A stretch of DNA of 64,000 nt from Bacilli bacterium (GTDB lineage: Bacteria > Bacillota_I > Bacilli_A > ML615J-28 > CAG-698). Position 1 is the first letter of the stretch. Every line of letters starts with the position of its first letter. Positions 38,246-46,010 of the stretch are shown piece by piece. Made by a program: the position numbers and the translations under genes. The stretch covers positions 14,860 to 78,859 of the forward strand of contig JAQUZE010000005.1 of assembly GCA_028691515.1 (NCBI GenBank). The letters are read 5' to 3'. A model generated the notes under the pieces. It saw nothing but the letters and a program-made list of their open reading frames with translations. It had not been told where the DNA came from and searched no databases.

Positions 38246-38274
38246 TTGAAAAGAATAGTAATTTTTGTTATAAT
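38246..38274 (+). promoter_or_regulatory. Sigma-A type promoter for the 38344-45994 operon
   Basis: TTGAAA (38246-38251), 17-nt spacer with TG at 38266-38267, TATAAT (38269-38274). Confidence 0.6.
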
Positions 38275-38343
38275 AAATTAAAGAATGAAATTAATGGGAA
38301 TTAGTAAATATAATTTTAATTAATTAGAATTGAGGAGAATATT

Positions 38344-39954
38344 TTGAAATTATTCACAACTTTTAATTTTGATATAATTATAATTATTATTGCATTTTTT
38401 GGAGTAGTAATAGGAATTTATCGCGGTCTATATACGCAGTTAAAAAAAACAGCCTCCCTTACAATTCCATTAATAATATTATATTTTTTATTGCCTGTTA
38501 TTAGTAAAAATGCAATTAGTAATGATAAATTTGTTAATTTTGTGAAGTTATTTCTTTTCTCTAAGTTAGAAGCGCATATATATTTGATAATAAATTTATT
38601 TATTGGAATAATACTATATATTGGTTTTGCAATTATAATTTATTTAATTTTTAATTTATTTCAGAAAAAAGATATTAATTATTATTTATTAAATAAAAAG
38701 ACAATTGGAAGAGTTATTGCACCGTTTATTTCTCTTCTTTCTTCATATATAATTGTGTTTATGGTATTGTTTGTTTCAAGTCCTTTTGTAAATGATACAA
38801 ACACAAAGATTTCTGCTTTTTTAGAAGACAATACATTATCAATTAATGAAATTGGAACTATTCATCAATATAAAAATAAGTTTTCTTTAGAATTTGTACA
38901 AGCTAAAGAATTATATGAATATGTTTCTTCTGATAATATTTTAGAAAGTTTTAAATATTATGATTTGTTAGAAGCATCTATTAATGAAATTGAAAATAAA
39001 TTAACAGATATTTATGATGATTTACATGAAGATTCTAAAGATCTTCTTAGAAACGAAAAAACAGTAAATAAATTAATTGAAGAAAAAGAAGGAAAATATA
39101 TAATTGATCTTATTTTGAAAATAGAAAAAAAACATGAGAATTTTGATTATATAAAAAATAAAAGAAATTACATAATTGATAATATTGGTTTTATTAAGAT
39201 AATGAATAGTGATTTTTATGAAAAAAACGATTATATGATTTTGAAAACAATTGATGAATATGAAGTGTTAAAAGAGAATTTTGTTACTAAAAATTCATTA
39301 AATAAATTTAATATAATGGTTGATTACTATAAATTTTATTCCAACAATAAGGAATCTTTACAAAGCATAGCTGGCTTGAATGATGTTGATATTTATACAT
39401 ATCAACAAAAATTAAACAATATATTTTCAAATAATTCATTGATTTATATATATATTAATGATTTTAATATTCAGTATGGAAATAGCGACAATCTTTTAAT
39501 GCAAAAACTATGTGATTTGTTTAATCAAGTTATAAAATATAAAGATAAATTTTTAGAAATTGATGAAAATATGAATTTTGCAAGTAGGTTTGTTTTTGCG
39601 AAAAATTACAATAATTGGTTTGTTAATCAAGAATGGTTATATAGACCTTTAGTTAATGGCTATTTTAATGATGCACTTCTTAATGTAAATAGCAATGTTA
39701 ATTTATTATTCAAAGAAATATTATTTGTTTCTTTATTGCCCGAATATAATTTGGAAAATACAATTGATAATAATGATATTGATGTTTTTGTTAATAATTT
39801 AAAAACATTGATTGCAAAAAACATTTTATATTCAAGAGATTCAACAATTATTTTAAATCAATTATTGGTTGATAATCTTTTTATAGATAAATTATTAGAT
39901 AAAGAATTAATCAGTTTTGATACTGTACAGTATGCGAAAGGATTAATTGTGTAG
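38344..39954 (+). CDS. Membrane protein: CvpA-like N-terminal 4-TM domain fused to a ~380-aa helical domain of unknown function
   Basis: TTG start 5 nt after a GAGGAG SD. The N-terminus FDIIIIIIAFFGVVIGIYRGL resembles the CvpA family. I recognise nothing in the remainder. Confidence 0.55.
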   Translation: MKLFTTFNFDIIIIIIAFFGVVIGIYRGLYTQLKKTASLTIPLIILYFLLPVISKNAISNDKFVNFVKLFLFSKLEAHIYLIINLFIGIILYIGFAIIIYLIFNLFQKKDINYYLLNKKTIGRVIAPFISLLSSYIIVFMVLFVSSPFVNDTNTKISAFLEDNTLSINEIGTIHQYKNKFSLEFVQAKELYEYVSSDNILESFKYYDLLEASINEIENKLTDIYDDLHEDSKDLLRNEKTVNKLIEEKEGKYIIDLILKIEKKHENFDYIKNKRNYIIDNIGFIKIMNSDFYEKNDYMILKTIDEYEVLKENFVTKNSLNKFNIMVDYYKFYSNNKESLQSIAGLNDVDIYTYQQKLNNIFSNNSLIYIYINDFNIQYGNSDNLLMQKLCDLFNQVIKYKDKFLEIDENMNFASRFVFAKNYNNWFVNQEWLYRPLVNGYFNDALLNVNSNVNLLFKEILFVSLLPEYNLENTIDNNDIDVFVNNLKTLIAKNILYSRDSTIILNQLLVDNLFIDKLLDKELISFDTVQYAKGLIV

Positions 39955-39958
39955 ATAT

Positions 39959-40930
39959 ATGCATAATAAAAAAATAAAGGTTTATGATGAAGTAAACGGT
40001 AATATAATTAGTGTAGATGAAAAGAGTGCGCAAACAAAAAGTGAAGTTGACCAAGTTTTGGGAGATAAATATCAAACTCTGTTATTTTTAAAATCAAATC
40101 CATTTTTTTATAATCATGACATGGATAAGGATAAAGTAAAATCTTTAGAAGAATATATAGTTATTTATAAGAAAAGAGAGAATTCATTTGGAGAATTTAT
40201 TCATAGTAGTGATTTTAGTAAAAAAGAAAAAATAAAAATAATTAAAAAAAGTTTTAAATTTTGGAATAAGGATTATAATAAACAAAGAAAAGAAAGTGTG
40301 TCTAAAGGCTCTAATGCTTTAAAAGCGGTAGAAATCGCTGATATTAAAAAGTTTTCTTTTCTTCAAACATTTTTGTTGTTATTAGGGTTTATAATTTTGG
40401 TTATTACTATTAATATAGATTCTCAATTATGGGTTTCTTTTAAGAATATAAATCTGGGATTTTACTTATATGAAAAAATAACAAAATTATTTAATATTGC
40501 TTGGATACCTATTGTTGGGACGATAAGTTTATATTTGTTTGTAATTACTCTATTATATTTATTATTTTATAACGAAATTATTAAAAACTATAAATCTCAT
40601 TATAAGGAAAATTCAAAGATTATAAATAGAACTAAAAGTAATTTAAAGAAGGAACAAAAGAAAAACAGTAAAAAAAGTTATAATTATTATATGAACAATG
40701 TAAAAAAAGGTAAATTGGTTTTCCCTGGTGTGAAAATTAAAGATGTTGCACCTGGAGTTTTAAATCTTGATTTTTATAATCAAGTAAGTGAAGAAATAGT
40801 GCAAAAAACAGGCAAAATAAAAAAACGCAAATGGTTTTTTGTTGCTAGTAAATACTTATTTTTAGCTCTTTGTTTGTTAAGCTTTGTATTTATGATTGGA
40901 GCTATAGTATTCCAAATAATTATCGGTTAA
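39959..40930 (+). CDS. Hypothetical membrane protein (soluble N-domain, 3 central TM, basic linker, C-terminal TM)
   Basis: ORF abuts the upstream gene: stop TAG 39952-39954, ATG 39959. I recognise no family. Confidence 0.5.
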   Translation: MHNKKIKVYDEVNGNIISVDEKSAQTKSEVDQVLGDKYQTLLFLKSNPFFYNHDMDKDKVKSLEEYIVIYKKRENSFGEFIHSSDFSKKEKIKIIKKSFKFWNKDYNKQRKESVSKGSNALKAVEIADIKKFSFLQTFLLLLGFIILVITINIDSQLWVSFKNINLGFYLYEKITKLFNIAWIPIVGTISLYLFVITLLYLLFYNEIIKNYKSHYKENSKIINRTKSNLKKEQKKNSKKSYNYYMNNVKKGKLVFPGVKIKDVAPGVLNLDFYNQVSEEIVQKTGKIKKRKWFFVASKYLFLALCLLSFVFMIGAIVFQIIIG

Positions 40931-40942
40931 TAGGAGGGTAAA

Positions 40943-43693
40943 ATGGAAACAAAAAAGAATGAAAAAAAATTAGTTATCAAAGAAACTGAAAAAAAGACAG
41001 TAAACAAGGACAATAAAAATGTAAAACCAATTTCAAAAAAAGTTTCTAAAACGCCTCTTTCTAAGGAAGATGACCTAAGAGAAAAACTCGCTAAAGCAAG
41101 TGGGAAATCTGTTGATGAAGTAAAAGCTAAAAGTAATGCCAAGAGTAATAATGTAGCTAGTGATTATGATAAGGTTATGGCAAGAAATAAAGCCTTAAAA
41201 GAGGTTCATGAGAAAATGGATAGAGATAATAGTCCTGATGTTTCTCAAGATAAACTTGATTTAGATAAAAAAGAAGTTAAAAATGATAAATTTTCATCAA
41301 ATATTATAAGTGAACAAGAAAAAATAAAGAAGTTTGAAAACAAAACTAAAAGATTACAAAACTCTAATAATAAATTAAAAAAAGAATTATTAGAATTAAG
41401 TGAAAATAAAAAAACTTTAGATGAATCTTTATCAGAAATCAAAAAACGACTTGATGAAGAAGAAAAATACCTTAAAAATTTAGAGGTAACAAAAGCGGAG
41501 TTGGAAAATAATTTAAAAAGTATTTCTTTAGAAAGTAAGAATTATCGTAATATTGCTGAAAAAAGCGAAGAAATGACTAAAAAAGTTGAGAAACAATTAA
41601 AACAAGAAAAAAAGAAGGTTAAGCAATTAAAAGAAGAAATATTAGCATCTAAAGCACAAATTGATGAATTAAATAAATCTTTACAATTACAAAATAGTAT
41701 CAAGGAAGAAACTGTTAGTAAAGATGAGTTTGCTGAGTTAAAAGTTCTAATCAAAGAAAAAGAGAAAGAAATTAGAGCAAAAGAAAGATTAGTAAGTAAT
41801 AGGGATAAAAAAATTGAAAAGATTACTGAAGATCTTAAGGATAAGAAAAAAGAGTTACGTTTAGCAAATAATAGAAATAAGAGATCTTTGAAAAAGATTG
41901 ATGATTTAAATCTTTCTTTAAAACAAATAAATAAAGATTTAAATGCTGCAAATAGATTAGAGAAGAAGTTAACTAATAGTTTAGAAAAACAAGAAGAAGA
42001 ATATAAAAAAGCAGAAGCAACAATTGCCAAAGAATTTTTAAGATTAAAATCTAATTTTGATAAAGAAATAAATAATTTTAAAACAGAGCTTTCTAAAAAG
42101 GAAAAACAACAAGTAATTATTAATGAAGACAAAGATATTATTAATAAATTAAAGCGTGATTATGAAGAAAAAGAGAAAGTTTACCAGGATAATATTTTTA
42201 AATTAGAGAATAAAATATTGATTTATGAAGATGAAATTAAGAAATTAAAATCTGTTTCACCTTCAGGTATGGTTGTTGATATTATGCAAGAAATTAAAGA
42301 AGAAGTTGTAAAAAACCGAGAAATCATGCAAAATATTTCTATTGAAAAAGATAGTACAGATGTAATTGACGAATCTTTAAATTATCAGCAATTAATTGAT
42401 GTTAAAGAAAAAGAATTAATAGAACTACAAAATACTAATAGAAATTATATGGATGAAATTGAAGAATTATTGAAAGAAATTCATATTTTGAATAAATCAC
42501 TGCAAGAGTTAAATGATAGAATTAATGGTATTTCTGAAAAAGATATTCAAAATGTTGATTTCAAAAGGAATATTTTTGAAATTAGAGAAAGAAAACGCGA
42601 ATTAATTTCTAGAGAAAATGAAGAGTTAGAATCACATGAAAATTTGATGGCAAATTTAAGTGAAAGAATTAATCAAAAGAAAGCAGATATTGAAAGTGTA
42701 AAAAACGATATATTACAAACTCAAGAAGAATTTAAGAGCAAAGCAAATAAATCTTATTCTGATAAATTAGAGTACGAAAAGCAAATGCGAAAATTGAATT
42801 ATACACTTGATTTACATGAAGTAAGATTAAATGAGCTTTCTACTGATGAAAAAGAAAGAATAAAAAATAAACATCAAGTATTTATTGATGATTATAACAA
42901 AAGGATGAAAGAATATAATATATCTGAGCAAAAGCTTATTGAATATTATTTAGGTAAAACACGAGAGGAAGTTATTTCTAAAGAAGATGAGAAATTATAT
43001 AGTGAACAGGAAAAAGAAAAAGAACTTCTTACTCAAAAACTTGCTTCTTTAAAACAATCACAAAAGACAGTTTATAAGAAAATTCAAGAACTTAAAGAAG
43101 AAATTTTTGGATTAAGACAAGCTTTAGAAGAAATAAATAATCCTTTTTATAGTGATTATGAAGATTCCAAAGAGTTTGTTTTAAATGATGTTGAAACTAA
43201 GTTAATGCAGTTGGAAAAAGAATATGCAATTTATCAAGAAAAATTACAAATTTTAAATGATAAAAAAGCATCGCGTTTTAATATTAGAAATAAATTGTTA
43301 ATGAATGAACAGATTATATTTGATTATGCTAAGTTATTTAGTTATTTGAAAAAGGCTGATTATCTATATAGACAAAATCAATCTAAACAGATAAATTTAA
43401 ATTCTGAATTAAGTTTTGGGGAGAAGGCAAACTTAAATAAGGAGCAAATAAAAAATGAGATTAGTGCTCTAGATAAAGAACAAACTAGATTATATAGAAA
43501 TATAGAAGAGAGCCGAGCACAATTAAGTAGAATCAAAAATCATGAAAAAGTGAGTTATTTTATTGAATTAGAAAGTAGTATTGCGAGATTAAAAATAATT
43601 GAAGAAAACTTGATTAATAAAATTAATGAAACAAAAAATAGTATTAGTGATGCAAAGCAGGAGTTAAATATTTTAAAAACAGGAAATTATTAA
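40943..43693 (+). CDS. 916-aa K/E-rich coiled-coil protein, function unknown
   Basis: An AGGAGGG SD is present. Heptad-like K/E/L/N composition runs almost end to end. No P-loop and no TM segment. Confidence 0.6.
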   Translation: METKKNEKKLVIKETEKKTVNKDNKNVKPISKKVSKTPLSKEDDLREKLAKASGKSVDEVKAKSNAKSNNVASDYDKVMARNKALKEVHEKMDRDNSPDVSQDKLDLDKKEVKNDKFSSNIISEQEKIKKFENKTKRLQNSNNKLKKELLELSENKKTLDESLSEIKKRLDEEEKYLKNLEVTKAELENNLKSISLESKNYRNIAEKSEEMTKKVEKQLKQEKKKVKQLKEEILASKAQIDELNKSLQLQNSIKEETVSKDEFAELKVLIKEKEKEIRAKERLVSNRDKKIEKITEDLKDKKKELRLANNRNKRSLKKIDDLNLSLKQINKDLNAANRLEKKLTNSLEKQEEEYKKAEATIAKEFLRLKSNFDKEINNFKTELSKKEKQQVIINEDKDIINKLKRDYEEKEKVYQDNIFKLENKILIYEDEIKKLKSVSPSGMVVDIMQEIKEEVVKNREIMQNISIEKDSTDVIDESLNYQQLIDVKEKELIELQNTNRNYMDEIEELLKEIHILNKSLQELNDRINGISEKDIQNVDFKRNIFEIRERKRELISRENEELESHENLMANLSERINQKKADIESVKNDILQTQEEFKSKANKSYSDKLEYEKQMRKLNYTLDLHEVRLNELSTDEKERIKNKHQVFIDDYNKRMKEYNISEQKLIEYYLGKTREEVISKEDEKLYSEQEKEKELLTQKLASLKQSQKTVYKKIQELKEEIFGLRQALEEINNPFYSDYEDSKEFVLNDVETKLMQLEKEYAIYQEKLQILNDKKASRFNIRNKLLMNEQIIFDYAKLFSYLKKADYLYRQNQSKQINLNSELSFGEKANLNKEQIKNEISALDKEQTRLYRNIEESRAQLSRIKNHEKVSYFIELESSIARLKIIEENLINKINETKNSISDAKQELNILKTGNY

Positions 43694-44346
43694 TGAATAT
43701 AAAAATAGATGCAAGTATTAAAAATATATTATCAAGTTTTAGCATTTGTGCTGTAAAAATGGATGTTATTTATGATGATAAAGGTTGCCTTGATGAGTTG
43801 ATTAAAAACGTTGAGAAGAAGGTTTTTAATAAATATACTTTAAAAGATGTTTTAAGTATTCCTTTAATTAAAGAAGCAAGAGATGGGTATAAAAAAATGG
43901 GTAAGGATCCAAGTAGATATCGTCTTAGTTGTGAATCTTTATTAAGGAGGATTGTTAAAGGGAACAATCTTTATAGGATTAACAACTTAGTTGATATTGG
44001 GAATGTATTATCAATTGAGATTAACAGAAGTGTTGCAGTGTTAGATTATGATAAAATTGTTGGTGATATAGTAATTAGAATGGGAACAGTAAATGATGAG
44101 TATTATGGTATTGGGAGAGGATTAATTAATGTTTCTAATATACCTGTTTATGAAGATGAAGTTTCACCATTTGGTTCGACTACCTCTGATACCGAAAGAA
44201 CAATGATTACAAAAGATACAAAAACTATTTTATTATTTATAATATATTTTAAAGAGGCCGAGTATGAAGATGACTTTAATCTGGCTATTTCGTTATTTGA
44301 AAAATATGCTAGAGCCAAAAATATAGAAAGTAAGTATATAACATGA
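43693..44346 (+). CDS. Stand-alone B3/B4 tRNA-binding domain protein (PheRS beta-subunit B3/4-like, COG3382-type)
   Basis: Motif block GKDPSRYRLSCESLLRRIVKGNNLYRINNLVDIGNVLSIE matches the B3/4 family pattern as I recall it. TAATG overlap with the coiled-coil gene. Confidence 0.65.
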   Translation: MNIKIDASIKNILSSFSICAVKMDVIYDDKGCLDELIKNVEKKVFNKYTLKDVLSIPLIKEARDGYKKMGKDPSRYRLSCESLLRRIVKGNNLYRINNLVDIGNVLSIEINRSVAVLDYDKIVGDIVIRMGTVNDEYYGIGRGLINVSNIPVYEDEVSPFGSTTSDTERTMITKDTKTILLFIIYFKEAEYEDDFNLAISLFEKYARAKNIESKYIT

Positions 44347-44356
44347 GGGAAAAGAT

Positions 44357-45994
44357 ATGATGAATGAAACATCAAATTTTATAAAAACAATAGTTCAAAA
44401 TGATATAGAAAGTGGAAAAGTAAAAAATGTAATTACTAGATTTCCTCCAGAACCTAATGCATATTTGCATATTGGCCATGCGAGAGCAATTATTACTGAT
44501 TTTGAAATTGCAGAAGCGTTTAATGGTGAAACTAATTTACGTTTTGATGATACAAATCCAGCAAAAGAAGATGAAGAATTTGTTGATGCAATAATCAATG
44601 ATATAGAATGGTTAGGGTATCATCCTAAAAAGATTTGTTATGGGTCTGATTATTTTGATACTAAATATGAGATGGCAATTAGATTAATTAAAAAAGGATT
44701 AGCTTATGTGGATGAGCAAACTCCAGAAGAAATTGTTGCTAATAGAGGTAATTTTAATGAATCTGGTAAAAATTCTCCATGGAGAGATCGTTCTATTGAA
44801 GAAAATTTAGAATTGTTTGAAAATATGAAAAACGGAATGTATAAAGAAGGAGAAAAAGTATTACGAGCAAAAATTGATATGTCGAGCCCTAATATTAACA
44901 TGAGGGATCCAATTTTATATCGTATTTTATTTATGCATCATCATCGTCAAAAAGATAAGTGGTGTATTTATCCGATGTATGATTTTGCCCATCCGTTACA
45001 AGATTCAATTGAAGGAGTGACACATTCACTTTGTTCAATTGAATTTGAAAATCATCGTCCTTTATATGATTGGGTTGTAAAAGAATGTGAAATGGAGCAT
45101 GTTCCTCAACAAATAGAATTTGGAAGATTGAATATAGAAAATACTGTTTTAAGTAAAAGATATCTACGTGAACTTGTTTCTTTAGGTTTTGTTGAAGGAT
45201 ATGATGATCCAAGAATGCCAACTTTAGTTGGATTAAAGAGAAGAGGATATACGCCTAGTGCTATTAAAAATTTTGTTAAGGCGAGTGGATTATCTAAAGT
45301 CAATTCAACAATTTCTCTTTCAATGTTAGAACATTTCGTTCGTGAAGATTTAAAATTAAAAGCAAAAAGAATTATGGCTGTTACTAATCCTTTATTGTTA
45401 ATTATTGATAATTATGAAGAAGGAAAAGTTGAATATGTTGAAGCGATCAATAATCAAGAAAATCCCGAATTAGGGGAAAGACTTATGGCTTTTTCTAAAT
45501 ATTTATATATTAATAAAGATGATTTTATTTTAGAAAAACCAAATAAAAAATGGAAAAGATTAGCATTAAATGTTGAAGTGAGGCTGATGTATGCTTATTT
45601 TATTAAAGCTGTAAGTGTTGATTATGATGAAGATGGCAATATAGAAGCTGTTCATTGTACATATGATCCTGAAACTAAATCAGGAAGTGGTTTTGATATT
45701 AGAAAACCAAATGGAACATTGACTTTTGTAGAAAAGACTACAGCAAAAAAAGCACTTTTTAATATTTTTGAACCACTGTTTATTGAAGGAAGTGAAGGGA
45801 AAGATTTTAAAGATAGAATTAATCATAATTCTTGGTATACATATGAAGGTTATGTAGAAAAAGCTAAAGATGAATTTAATGAATTGGAATCTTTTCAATT
45901 TATTAGAGATGGATATTATACAGTAGATAAAAATTCTAATAATGACAATCTAATATTTAATCAAACAGTTGCTTTAAAGTCATCATTTAAATAA
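44357..45994 (+). CDS. glnS: Glutaminyl-tRNA synthetase
   Basis: TRFPPEPNAYLHIGHA (HIGH), VLSKR (KMSKS), CIYPMYDFAHP and HSLCSIEF. Collinear with E. coli GlnRS, including the beta-barrel anticodon domains. Confidence 0.9.
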   Translation: MMNETSNFIKTIVQNDIESGKVKNVITRFPPEPNAYLHIGHARAIITDFEIAEAFNGETNLRFDDTNPAKEDEEFVDAIINDIEWLGYHPKKICYGSDYFDTKYEMAIRLIKKGLAYVDEQTPEEIVANRGNFNESGKNSPWRDRSIEENLELFENMKNGMYKEGEKVLRAKIDMSSPNINMRDPILYRILFMHHHRQKDKWCIYPMYDFAHPLQDSIEGVTHSLCSIEFENHRPLYDWVVKECEMEHVPQQIEFGRLNIENTVLSKRYLRELVSLGFVEGYDDPRMPTLVGLKRRGYTPSAIKNFVKASGLSKVNSTISLSMLEHFVREDLKLKAKRIMAVTNPLLLIIDNYEEGKVEYVEAINNQENPELGERLMAFSKYLYINKDDFILEKPNKKWKRLALNVEVRLMYAYFIKAVSVDYDEDGNIEAVHCTYDPETKSGSGFDIRKPNGTLTFVEKTTAKKALFNIFEPLFIEGSEGKDFKDRINHNSWYTYEGYVEKAKDEFNELESFQFIRDGYYTVDKNSNNDNLIFNQTVALKSSFK

Positions 45995-46010
45995 CTATGA
46001 GGAGGAATAT

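Noticed and set aside
41542-42132. 196-aa ORF on the minus strand inside the coiled-coil gene, plus a shorter one at 41245-41442 and the 40927-41142 ORF.
   Set aside because: These are S/F/L-rich mirror translations of AAG/GAA/AAA-rich sense codons. They have no SD and no recognisable domains, and they lie wholly inside a much longer sense ORF. This is a compositional artefact.
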